Positions 38,648-47,983 of a stretch of 64,000 nucleotides of DNA are shown piece by piece (positions within the stretch are counted from its first letter, which is position 1; every line of letters starts with the position of its first letter). The stretch comes from Chromatiaceae bacterium. Its GTDB lineage: Bacteria; Pseudomonadota; Gammaproteobacteria; Chromatiales; Chromatiaceae. Under the pieces are notes generated by a model. The model did not search any database, had not been told where the DNA came from, and worked only from the letters and a program-made list of their open reading frames with translations. Where the stretch lies: assembly GCA_020851955.1 (NCBI GenBank), contig JADZBU010000292.1, positions 1,704-65,703 on the forward strand, given 5' to 3'. Position numbers and translations under genes: made by a program.

Positions 38648-39572
38648 GTGAAGGCAGTCTTTACAAATGGCATCTCAATGGTAGACCAGGGGTATCGATA
38701 TGCGCACCGCTTTACCCAGGGTTTCGTTGGCTGGCCAGAAGAGTGGCTGCAAGACGAACCTATCGACTACCCGCCTGGCGATGATTTCCTCGGCCTCAAT
38801 ATGCAGCCGCAAGTGGTGTCGGCACGGTGGGAGTTTTATCTGGCGTTACGCAGGCAGGGCGTGTATGTGCATCTCGAAGGCTGTGGCCGATGAACTCGCC
38901 GACTGGGCCAAGGAAAATGGCCCAGCACGTCAACGGCCCTTCAAAATCCATTTGTTACATCTTGGCGCCGATGGCGACAACCTGACGCCAACCAGAGCAC
39001 TCCCGCCAGATGCGGACATCGTGTTTGATTGCTTACGCGCCCGCCCCACCTTTCTGATGGTCGGCATGCTCGAACCCTGCAAAGGCCATGGGCAAGTGCT
39101 CGATGCCTTTGAGCAACTCTGGAGGACCAGCAGTGACCTCAACCTCGTCATCATTGGCAAACAAGGCTGGATGGTTGAGGCCCTCCTCGACCGTCTCCGC
39201 GCGCACCCCGAACTGAATCAACGCCTGCTCTGGCTTGAAGGCATCAGCGACGAATACCTGGAAAAAGTCTACACTGCCAGCACCTGCCTGATCGCCGGCT
39301 CCTACGGCGAAGGCTTCGGCTTGCCTCTCATTGTTGCCGCCCAGCATAAGCTGCCGATCATTGCACGGGATATTCGCGCGTTCCGCGAAGTGGCCGGTGA
39401 GTATGCATATTATTTTGATGGCCCAACTCCTGACGTGTTGGTTGATGCAATTAATGCATGGCTTGTGTTGCATAGAAGTGGCCGGCATCCAATGTCAGAT
39501 AATATACCGTGGTTAACGTGGAAAGAGAGACCTTTGCGACTTGCGCAGGTTTTACAAGACGATCGTTTGTAA
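38648..39572 (+). pseudogene. Decayed copy of the third GT4 module of the polymerase gene
   Basis: Homology to residues about 900-1253 of the 33250..37011 product is split over two frames (38648..38893 and 38700..39572). About 35 codons are missing at the junction and there is no N-terminal half. Confidence 0.65.
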
Positions 39573-39588
39573 ACAAAGAGCCAATTAA

Positions 39589-40794
39589 ATGCAAAAAAAC
39601 AATATCATACTCTTTGCCATCTTGCTCATATCACCTGTTTGGTTTTTTTTAATATGGTCAGTAATGGATTTCTCAGATTTTCGGTGGGATGCTGCATGGT
39701 ATCGGCAAATTAGTGCGGTAGGATATTCATTTAATGGCAATATATTGGAGCAAAACAATGTCGCCTTTTTACCAGGCTATCCCGTTTTGGTGTATGTTTT
39801 GTCAATATTTTTACCAATTGATCTCGCGTACATGCAGTTTATTGCTTCTGTGTTGTTATATTTTATAGGCGCATTCTGCCTGGCAAATTATGTTGGCAAT
39901 AGAATTGGCCTGCTCGAGGGATATGTCTTTATATTTATTCTATCGTTCACGCCTTATGCAATTTATTTTTTTAATGGCTACTCTGAAGCCGCTTATTTTG
40001 CGGTTATTGGTTTGTTTTTCTGTTTATCTGGTCGTGGGCATTATAGGATGGCTGCGCTAGTGGTGTCTTATGGCCTAATCACTAGGCCGCATGCACTTAT
40101 ACTTGTACCAATTTTGTATTATTTCGTGCTGTCGGGTGAGACTGGTTCGTTGGGTGATGAGCGAAGATTAAAATTAGTTGCCAGTATCAGATCGATTATA
40201 AATGTCACTCCTTTTGTTTGTGTTTTTCCCGCCGTGCTAACAGTCTACTATTATTTATTTTTTGAGGATACACTGTTATACAAAAATGCGATCACGGCAT
40301 GGGAAGTTCATGCGACTGGACTTTCTCAGAGTGAAACTTTGTGGCTTTCAATAGACTCGTTTCGCCATCTGACCACCGGGACTATTGAGGTCGCTGGAGT
40401 TATGCTAAAATATTTCGAACCCACGAAGTTCTCTGGTCTGGTTTTTTTATTAAATATTTTGGCAATAATTTTTATGGCTAGGTATTTGATAAAAAGAAAT
40501 TTATTATCAATATTTCTCTATCTTGTGTTTGCTGCGTTGTTTGGATTCATAACTGCGTCAATTGAAAATTTCGGGCGCCACAATTTGTTTCTCATGGCGC
40601 TACCGTTGTTCATGTCGGTTATTCTTGCGATGGGGGGAAGGCAAATTTTTCTGGATGACGGTAAGGTGGTCGGTGGGGCTGAAAAGGCTGGGAAAATAAT
40701 TATTGGTGCATTTGCTCTGTTATTTTTCGTGGTTCTATTTTACCATTTTACCATTTATGCTGCCTTGCAATTGAAAGATCAATGGGTATCATGA
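39589..40794 (+). CDS. Polytopic membrane protein, GT-C-like (PIG-V/mannosyltransferase-like) candidate
   Basis: 401 aa with about 10 hydrophobic segments. The first-loop motif DAAWYRQISAVGY...VAFLPGYPVLV resembles bacterial GT-C/PIG-V-like glycosyltransferases. Very AT-rich. Confidence 0.5.
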   Translation: MQKNNIILFAILLISPVWFFLIWSVMDFSDFRWDAAWYRQISAVGYSFNGNILEQNNVAFLPGYPVLVYVLSIFLPIDLAYMQFIASVLLYFIGAFCLANYVGNRIGLLEGYVFIFILSFTPYAIYFFNGYSEAAYFAVIGLFFCLSGRGHYRMAALVVSYGLITRPHALILVPILYYFVLSGETGSLGDERRLKLVASIRSIINVTPFVCVFPAVLTVYYYLFFEDTLLYKNAITAWEVHATGLSQSETLWLSIDSFRHLTTGTIEVAGVMLKYFEPTKFSGLVFLLNILAIIFMARYLIKRNLLSIFLYLVFAALFGFITASIENFGRHNLFLMALPLFMSVILAMGGRQIFLDDGKVVGGAEKAGKIIIGAFALLFFVVLFYHFTIYAALQLKDQWVS

Positions 40795-41366
40795 GCCAAC
40801 TTACATATATTATTTCATTGCTAACAGTTGCAGCATGGCTGACGTTTGTTTATGTCGGCGCAAAATCAAAAAATGATTATCTTTCTGTAGCTCTCTCTCC
40901 GCTGGCTATTGGTGTTGTGGCTGACTGGAAGAATGAGGAGAACTATCTTTACTTTAAAGGGTTTTCAGGTCCTGAACCCACGCATAGATGGTCTAATATA
41001 TCATATTTAAATATGTGTTACTTGCTACCCACTGATTCCATGGATTCTTGGGTTTTCTCTGTTAAAATGGATATACGGGTTGTTTCCGACTTGGTTGGCG
41101 AGAATATTATGGTGCGAGCTAATCGGGGGGAATGGATTTCAAATGTTTGTAAGTCGCAGGGCTGCGAATTAAATATTTCAGTTGCACCGCCCAGTAATTC
41201 GCAAATTATATGTTTGGAACTCCAATTACCTAAAACAGTCCGTGTAGAGGGTGACCCAAGAGCGCTAGGTATTCAGTTCTTTAGTTTAGAATACGAGATT
41301 CAAAAACCACCAGCGAAAGCTGGTGGGTTGAAATTACGGACTGAAAGTCCGGATAGGGGTCGATAG
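40791..41366 (+). CDS. Hypothetical protein with an N-terminal TM anchor
   Basis: AT-rich ORF coupled by ATGA to the preceding gene. No recognisable motif. Its last ~20 codons run through two GAAA-loop hairpins. Confidence 0.4.
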   Translation: MSQLTYIISLLTVAAWLTFVYVGAKSKNDYLSVALSPLAIGVVADWKNEENYLYFKGFSGPEPTHRWSNISYLNMCYLLPTDSMDSWVFSVKMDIRVVSDLVGENIMVRANRGEWISNVCKSQGCELNISVAPPSNSQIICLELQLPKTVRVEGDPRALGIQFFSLEYEIQKPPAKAGGLKLRTESPDRGR

Positions 41367-41372
41367 ACCCGT

Positions 41373-41560
41373 TTACTCGGTTCGGAAGTTGTCTTCGGTC
41401 TTGGGCTCAAAATGATGCTCCAAATAGTTCCGAATCATCTCCTCGGTCACCTCTCCAGACGTGACACAAAAATAGCCGCGTGCCCAAAAGTGCCGGCCCC
41501 AGTAACGCTTTTTTAACTCCAGAAACGTCTCAAACAGCTTGGTCGAATTGCGCTGTTACT
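41373..41560 (-). mobile_element. IS200/IS605-family tnpA (Y1 transposase) C-terminal remnant
   Basis: The minus-strand translation is ...NSTKLFETFLELKKRYWGRHFWARGYFCVTSGEVTEEMIRNYLEHHFE..., the conserved C-terminus of IS200 TnpA. A stop lies immediately upstream, so only about 60 codons remain. Confidence 0.65.
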
Positions 41561-41689
41561 GGCCATTTAAACTGACCCACCTACGCCCAACAATATTGAC
41601 CTGCCCCAGGGTAGGGATAAAGGCCGCCAGGCCCGTAGCATCCCCGCATCTTGGTTTGCTGGGGACACGAAAAGTTGAAGGAATGGGTC

Positions 41690-42332
41690 ATGATTCACCA
41701 GATCAAAGCATTGTACGACGAGGGGCGGGGCAGTTCGCTGCACGCCATCGCGGCGCAATTGGGCATCTCACGCAACACGGTACGCAAGTATCTGGCGATG
41801 AGTGCGGAGGCGATCACCGCCGACCAAGGGCAGCGGGCGCGCACCAATCGCCTGGACGGGCACCGGGACTAAATCGTCCATCTGCTGGCGACCTACCCGC
41901 GCCTGATGGCGGTGAAGGTGCTGCGCGAGCTGCAGGAGGCGCATGGCGAACTGGGGGTATCGGCTCGCAGCGCCCGGCGCTATATCAGCGCGCTGAAGGA
42001 GACGGTCAGCGTCAAACAAGTGCGTTACTACGAGCCGGTGCTGGACCTGGCACCGGGGGTCCAGTGCCAGGTCGACGGCGGGGAGTTGCGTGGGGTGATG
42101 ATCGGCGGGCGGGAGACGACCGTGTACTTCGTGGTCTTCGTGCTGTCGTACTCCCGACTGATGCAGGTGGTGGCGAGCCCCCGGGCGGTCGACACCGCCG
42201 TCCTGATCCGCATGCACGATGCGGCCTTCCGCGCCTTTGGCGGGTACCCCAAGGAGTACGTCTACGACCAGACCAGCCTGGTGGTGATCGCCGAGACCTT
42301 CCGTGAACTGACGCTCAACCAGCGCTTCCACC
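41690..42332 (+). pseudogene. IS21-family transposase istA, with an in-frame stop and a 3' truncation
   Basis: N-terminal HTH MIHQIKALYDEGRGSSLHAIAAQLGISRNTVRKYL, an in-frame TAA at 41870, then ...YPRLMAVKVLRELQE...VQCQVDGGE...YSRLMQV. Homology stops near residue 215 of an expected ~400 or more. Confidence 0.75.
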
Positions 42333-42337
42333 GGGGC

Positions 42338-42508
42338 CACCCGATCCTTTGGCGGACGCCCGACGCACCCACGGCTCGACGGGATGAAGCGATTGATCCC
42401 CAGCGATGGACTCAACGCCAGGTGATCCTCCTCCCGCAGAAAGGGAAACAGTTCGTGCTGGAGGTGGTTCCAGAATTGCGACAGGCGGGACTTACAGGTA
42501 GTATCCAT
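42338..42508 (-). mobile_element. N-terminal fragment of a DDE (IS4/IS5-superfamily-like) transposase
   Basis: MDTTCKSRLSQFWNHLQHELFPFLREE...GRPPKDR resembles N-termini of IS4/IS5-type transposases. It abuts the truncated istA. The family assignment is tentative. Confidence 0.4.
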
Positions 42509-42968
42509 CTTGGGTATCGGAATGAATCGTTGCTAACCATTTCATTTTACCAGCCCTTGGCCGGCCATACCCGCTCTTCCCCCCTTTTCTCTCCCCCTGC
42601 GGGGGAAAATCCCTCTACCCTCAGGATGCGAAACGGGACATCCCAGTCCCCCTTCCGCCTTGCGTTCGGCGACAACCCTTAGGCCCCGGCCGCCCCGCTC
42701 CGGGTCACGGCTCCGTCACGACAAGTCCCCTACGGGAATGGTCGGACTAGGCCATGACCCTACGACGAATGGCTTGACGGCATGTCGCACGCACCGCCTC
42801 CGCGGCTCCAGGACCTGCGGCCCCTGCGCCCCTCCGGCGGCACGCTCGCCCTGACGCCTTCCGGGGGACTACCGGCCTGCGCTTCGCTCACCATGGCCGT
42901 CAGTGAGTGTGTGTAGGAATCAGCTTGACTGGGCACGGCAGGCAGAACACAGCATGGAGACGAGACCA

Positions 42969-44102
42969 TCAGCGCTCCAGTAATGCCGTCACTGTCATTA
43001 TGACCCGCTCCTGCTCCGCCTCCAGCCCCAGCCACAACGGCAACCGTACAAGTCGGTCAGCCAGATCAGTGGTCACGGGCAGGCTGCCCTTGACCCGACC
43101 AGCCGCCCGCCCCCGGGGTGAGCTATGCAAGGGCACATAGTGAAAGACGCAGTTGATCCCCGCCTGGTTCATTTGGTTGATGAAGGCGGTGCGATCATCC
43201 AGATCGCGCAGCAACAGGTAATAAAGATGGGCATTATGGCCACAGTCGTCCGGCACCACCGGCCGGCGCACGCGCCCCGCCCGTTCCAGCGACTCGAAAG
43301 CCTCGTGGTAACGCTGCCAGATCGCCAACCTTCCTGCTGTGATGGCATCGGCCTCCTCCATCTGCGCCCAGAGGAAGGCGGCAATGATCTCGCCCGGTAG
43401 GTAGGACGAGCCGATGTCCACCCAGGTATATTTATCTACCTGGCCGCGGAAGAACTGGCTACGATTAGTGCCCTTCTCGCGGATGATCTCGGCGCGATCG
43501 GCTAGGGCCGGATCGTTGATCAGCAGCGCCCCGCCCTCGCCAGAGATAATGTTCTTGGTCTCGTGGAAGCTGTAGGCGCCCAGATGTCCGATGGCGCCGA
43601 GCGGGCGGTCGCGATAACGCGCCAGCACCCCCTGCGCTGCGTCCTCGATGACCAGCAGCCCGTGCCGCTCGGCGATGCCCATGATGGCGTCCATGTCACA
43701 GCCCACGCCGGCATAATGCACCGGAGTGATGGCGCGCGTGCGCGGCGTGATGGCGGCCTCAATCTTGCGCTCATCCAGATTCAGCGTGTCCGGGCGGATG
43801 TCGACGAACACCGGCACAGCGCCGCGCAGCGCGAAGGCATTGGCGGTGGAGACGAAGGTGTAGGACGGCATGATCACCTCGTCGCCCGGTTGCAGGTCGG
43901 CGAGGATGGCGGCCATCTCCAGCGCGGCGGTGCATGAGTGGGTGAGGAGGGCCTTGCGTGTGCCGGTGCGTTGTTCAAGCCAACGATTACAACTGCGAGT
44001 GAATTGCCCGTCACCAGCAAGCTGCCCGTGTCCATGAGCTGCCGCCACATTGTGCAACTCTTTGCCGGTCAGATAGGGTTTATTGAACGGAATCAGACTC
44101 AT
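42969..44102 (-). CDS. WecE/DegT-family PLP-dependent sugar aminotransferase
   Basis: 377 aa collinear with E. coli WecE: FNKPYLTGKEL, GDGQFTRSCNRWLEQ, PSYTFVSTANAF, SFHETKN (lysine site) and EKGTNRSQFFRGQVDKYTW. Confidence 0.85.
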   Translation of the reverse strand: MSLIPFNKPYLTGKELHNVAAAHGHGQLAGDGQFTRSCNRWLEQRTGTRKALLTHSCTAALEMAAILADLQPGDEVIMPSYTFVSTANAFALRGAVPVFVDIRPDTLNLDERKIEAAITPRTRAITPVHYAGVGCDMDAIMGIAERHGLLVIEDAAQGVLARYRDRPLGAIGHLGAYSFHETKNIISGEGGALLINDPALADRAEIIREKGTNRSQFFRGQVDKYTWVDIGSSYLPGEIIAAFLWAQMEEADAITAGRLAIWQRYHEAFESLERAGRVRRPVVPDDCGHNAHLYYLLLRDLDDRTAFINQMNQAGINCVFHYVPLHSSPRGRAAGRVKGSLPVTTDLADRLVRLPLWLGLEAEQERVIMTVTALLER

Positions 44103-44557
44103 GACGATGCTGCAGCTAGGTTGGCCTTTCTGAACACAAAAAGCTTCATCGCAACGAAGAAGAAAGCAGCCACCATGAATATTGCCAGAATCTGAACCAA
44201 TTGGTGCGGATAACCCATCTGCTGATACAAAATCTCAAGCAAGGATGCATTAATTAAGTAACCGGCAACATAGACCAAAATGTAGCGGACCAGAACCGTG
44301 CCCTCCAGACCCTGTGACTTGTGCCTAAACGTGTGGCGACGATGCGCAAAGTAGCCTGCCAGCACACTTAATGGGTAAAAAATAGTCACCGTCATCAGTG
44401 GGCTGACACCAAAGGAAGTGACCAATAAATAGACCATATAACCCAAGGAATTGAGTGTGAGCCCGACGATGGCATAGCGAATCAGCTCTTTCACCGGCAA
44501 GTTGGCGAGCAGTTGAATTCCCTCTTTCATCTGCCGTTGAAATGCCGTAACTGTCAT
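44099..44557 (-). CDS. GtrA-like small membrane protein (polyprenyl-phosphate-sugar flippase family)
   Basis: 152 aa with four TM segments and the RYAIVGL...N motif at the N-terminus, typical of the GtrA family. ATGA-coupled on both sides. Confidence 0.7.
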   Translation of the reverse strand: MTVTAFQRQMKEGIQLLANLPVKELIRYAIVGLTLNSLGYMVYLLVTSFGVSPLMTVTIFYPLSVLAGYFAHRRHTFRHKSQGLEGTVLVRYILVYVAGYLINASLLEILYQQMGYPHQLVQILAIFMVAAFFFVAMKLFVFRKANLAAASS

Positions 44558-45753
44558 TGGACCCTCGCAGCGAGCAAGGTCTGAAGCCGTCCCGCTTGTG
44601 CGACCATTTGCTCGCGGTCCGCATGCTCGACAAAAACGATACCGAATTTGTGAGTAGTTGCATCCGCAACGCGATCGCCTTCGTTCGCCCAGATCAGACG
44701 ATCAACGACCCTTTTTTCAATGTTAGGATCAAAATCAAAGCCAGCAAAGGTGCCCTCCCCATCGGCCATCAGGCAATGCCTGGTCATACAGCGACGCACT
44801 GGCATAAACCTGACCTCCGAAATGCTCCTACCACTGCTAGCGGCCATGATCCATTCGGCGTAGGGAGCACCCGTCGCATGCCGAACGAACTCAATGTAGA
44901 GATCTCCAGGTGCCCGCCGACAAATCTCGATGATCACAGGATCCCCGGCTTCCGGCTCGATGAACTGGACATGAAAAATGCCATCCACCAATTGGAGCGC
45001 TTCAGCAATCGCCTCGCTGTACTCAATTAGCCGATCAAGCGATTCTGGTCGACAGCTGCTCGGCGTCGACGCGGCAGACACCAGGTATGGAGAAAGGTGG
45101 TAGTCTTCGTCATCAGCGAAATGAAAAACCACGCGGCCACCGCGCAGTATGGCACTGAAACCATGGCGGCTTCCCGTGATAAATTCCTCGACAACGATTC
45201 GCTTTGCTTTCGAGATGGAAAACGCCTCCTGCGCCGCCAACATGGCGTCCTGGCGGTGATCAACCCGTGCAATCCCTTTCCCTCCGGTCAGGTCCACGGG
45301 TTTGATGATGAGCGGAAAACAGAAGTGCTGCGTCGCATCCTCAACCGACTCCAGATTCCCACAACCCAACGCGCGAGGACTCGGGATGCCAAGCTTCTGC
45401 GCAAAGTCCCGATAGCGATCCTTGTGATGGATAAGCTGTGCAACCTCGGTCGAGTCATGTCCCGGCAATCCCAACTGCTCCGCAACGTAAGCAGCCGTCA
45501 GCGCAGAGAAGTCGTTACAAGCGGCGCAGATGGCGTCGATACGTAGTTCTCGGGCGAGCGACAACATCGCATCGACATCGGAGAAATCCGCAAGTCGCAC
45601 TTCGTCGGCATACCGATGGCCAAGGTCCTCCGCCCGATTCCCGCTGGTAATTACATAATAGCCAAGCCTACGCGCTGCCTGGATCAAAGGGATATCGGAG
45701 TGTCCCCCGCCGGCTACCAGCAACCGTGGCTTACTCGTAGGCACGGTGATCAC
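44554..45753 (-). CDS. ATP-grasp family ligase
   Basis: 399 aa with the pre-ATP-grasp Rossmann LLVAGGGHSDIPLI, KDRYRDFAQKLGIPSP, the PLIIKPVDLTGGKGI glycine-rich loop and the EICRRAPGD Mg/ATP site. Confidence 0.75.
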   Translation of the reverse strand: MITVPTSKPRLLVAGGGHSDIPLIQAARRLGYYVITSGNRAEDLGHRYADEVRLADFSDVDAMLSLARELRIDAICAACNDFSALTAAYVAEQLGLPGHDSTEVAQLIHHKDRYRDFAQKLGIPSPRALGCGNLESVEDATQHFCFPLIIKPVDLTGGKGIARVDHRQDAMLAAQEAFSISKAKRIVVEEFITGSRHGFSAILRGGRVVFHFADDEDYHLSPYLVSAASTPSSCRPESLDRLIEYSEAIAEALQLVDGIFHVQFIEPEAGDPVIIEICRRAPGDLYIEFVRHATGAPYAEWIMAASSGRSISEVRFMPVRRCMTRHCLMADGEGTFAGFDFDPNIEKRVVDRLIWANEGDRVADATTHKFGIVFVEHADREQMVAQAGRLQTLLAARVQ

Positions 45754-46841
45754 GATGACGGAACGAAAAACATCACAGTCTCGGTGACGCCTTCCGTATA
45801 GTGACGCAAGTACAGGTCATAATCGTCCCGATATGACAACACGAGATCAGGAATGATACGAAGATCATCAGCTTTATGATAAACACTCAACGCAAGCCGG
45901 GGATGATACTTCGAGATCGTTTCTGATGCACCTTGCAGAGCTGAGACCTCTCCGCCTTCGATATCCATCTTCAAGAACGTGTAAGGCTCATCAATAACAT
46001 CATCGACACGTTCGACATTGATCACCAGTTCCCCGGAATGACTGATGCGTGACGCCGAGCCACCTGTCTCGAACCTCATGGTCGCAGCACGATTTGAAGC
46101 CCCATACGGATGATAACGAACATCCCGATGTCCGCTCAAACGTGCTCGCACTTTCACCATGTTCGAAGGTTCCGGCTCAAACGCATGGACTGACCGGTAA
46201 TCAGGGCAGCGCCGGATAAACTCGGCACTGGTATAGCCGTCAAAGCAGCCGACATCCACAAAGGTCTCGCCCGCCGTCTGTAGCTGAAGGAACGGCTCAA
46301 AATATTGCCGATCCTGCGCGTCTACAAACCCATCCATGTAAAGGATGTCCCGAGAAAGTCGGAAGTTGATCAGGCGCCGCAGAATGCGACGCGACTCATC
46401 GTCTTTCAGACGACACGCCAACCATTGATAATTATCTTGATGTGATTCGAATTCTTGTTCGAAGTCTCCCAGAAACAGGACCTCGCGCAGATTCAGCCCC
46501 GAGTATTTTTGAAAGGCAAAGTAATCAAGTCCTAAAACCCCTCGGTCAGCGATACATTGCTGTGCTGTCAGCGGGCGCTCACCAACAATAGCAGAAACCA
46601 CCTTTGCGCAGTTAGGCAGATCTTTGCTTCGGATGATCGGCTTACCGCAGAATTCTTCGTCAGCGGTGAAATCATCAACGAACCCATCCAGATCAACATG
46701 CTGCGCAATGCTTTCCGCCCAAGCATTACATCCGAACGCGTAGCGATTCCCGGACTCGTGCAAGAAGGCAGCACAAAAGCTGATCGCCTGCTCGTTATCC
46801 TCGAAAGCGTCAACCAAAAGCGCCCTTGAGCCTGTTGTCAT
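45750..46841 (-). CDS. FkbM-family methyltransferase with an N-terminal extra domain
   Basis: FVDVGCFDGYTS (SAM motif) and FLKMDIEGGEVSAL (FkbM signature). The start is taken at the ATG overlapping the upstream stop. Confidence 0.75.
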   Translation of the reverse strand: MTTGSRALLVDAFEDNEQAISFCAAFLHESGNRYAFGCNAWAESIAQHVDLDGFVDDFTADEEFCGKPIIRSKDLPNCAKVVSAIVGERPLTAQQCIADRGVLGLDYFAFQKYSGLNLREVLFLGDFEQEFESHQDNYQWLACRLKDDESRRILRRLINFRLSRDILYMDGFVDAQDRQYFEPFLQLQTAGETFVDVGCFDGYTSAEFIRRCPDYRSVHAFEPEPSNMVKVRARLSGHRDVRYHPYGASNRAATMRFETGGSASRISHSGELVINVERVDDVIDEPYTFLKMDIEGGEVSALQGASETISKYHPRLALSVYHKADDLRIIPDLVLSYRDDYDLYLRHYTEGVTETVMFFVPSS

Positions 46842-47983
46842 AATGAATCTCCCAAATCTGGAGCGATCCACTGGCGCTCGCGCGCCGATCGACCAATCGC
46901 TTCAAGCAGGATAAGCCCTTCCCGAGCATGCCTTGCAGAAAACACATAATCGGAGAATTGGCAACCATCGGATTTACCTCCACCTAAGGTTTTGGCAATG
47001 TCTCCGTACAGATTCGCAAAAGCCTCTAGAAACCCTGCTGGATGTCCCGACTTGAACCTATTATAACGGTCCAACTGCGCGAGTTGAACGTCACTGCTTG
47101 CTCGATCGATCCGCATCTGGTGTCCCCGATTGTCGGAGAACTGAAGCACTTCGGGATCCATTTGAACCCATTCCGCTGACGCCTCCTCGCCAAAGACCCT
47201 CACGCGCAGGCCGTTCCGGTAACCGAGTGCTGCCTTGCTGAACCAGAAACTGCTTTCCAAGTCGTTGGTATAGCGAACGAGGGCCATTGTATTGTCAACA
47301 ACCTGCCGAAAACGGCCGAGGCTACTCTGTGTGGCCACCAGCTCACGGGGCTTCTCTCCTGTAAGAAAGTCGACCAGATGATGAAGATGAACCCCAAGGT
47401 CCAGCGAAATAGTCGGTACGACGCCATCCTGCAGACGCCACTGCTGGGGGATTACAGGCTGACCGTCGCGGTTGAGGCGCGCAAAACCCTCCTGGGGCAT
47501 TTCAAGATGGACTTGTTCCACCCGGCCAAGTCGACCCGATTGGATCATCTCCCGCAGCTCACGAACCATCGGATAACCCGTATAATTGTAAGTTACCGTC
47601 AAGAACCCCTTGGTTTCATTGACCGTTTGCTCGATCTCCTCGGCTTCAGACGCAGTCGTCGCGAGTGCCTTTTCACAGATCACAGGGTAGCCGGCTTGTA
47701 ACGCACCAATCACTGGATCGCGGTGCATTGGTGTCGGAGTCAAAACGACAATTCCGTCGAGCCGGTCTTGCTCACGTTCCAGCATCTCCTCCCATCGCGC
47801 ATAGCACCGGTCTCCAGCAATACCCCATTGAGCCGCTGTTTGCTCGTTCACGTCTGCATGCCGACTGAAACAGCCTGCGTCGACACGAAACAGGCCGTCC
47901 ATTTGTGCAGCAATGAAATGTGTTGTCCCGACGGCTGAGTTGACTCCGCCACCGATGAATCCCAGTCGAAGTGGCTTATTCAT
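46838..47983 (-). CDS. Gfo/Idh/MocA-family NAD(P)-dependent oxidoreductase
   Basis: N-terminal LRLGFIGGGVNSAVGTTH Rossmann motif and the ICEKAL catalytic-lysine box. 381 aa. Confidence 0.8.
   Translation of the reverse strand: MNKPLRLGFIGGGVNSAVGTTHFIAAQMDGLFRVDAGCFSRHADVNEQTAAQWGIAGDRCYARWEEMLEREQDRLDGIVVLTPTPMHRDPVIGALQAGYPVICEKALATTASEAEEIEQTVNETKGFLTVTYNYTGYPMVRELREMIQSGRLGRVEQVHLEMPQEGFARLNRDGQPVIPQQWRLQDGVVPTISLDLGVHLHHLVDFLTGEKPRELVATQSSLGRFRQVVDNTMALVRYTNDLESSFWFSKAALGYRNGLRVRVFGEEASAEWVQMDPEVLQFSDNRGHQMRIDRASSDVQLAQLDRYNRFKSGHPAGFLEAFANLYGDIAKTLGGGKSDGCQFSDYVFSARHAREGLILLEAIGRSARERQWIAPDLGDSL

Noticed and set aside
41539-42306. 255-aa plus-strand ORF and 246-aa minus-strand ORF (41768..42508) across the IS debris.
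   Set aside because: These are alternative-frame or antisense readings of the istA pseudogene. Only the first ~57 codons of the minus ORF resemble a transposase, and the rest is Arg/Gly/Pro-rich shadow sequence.
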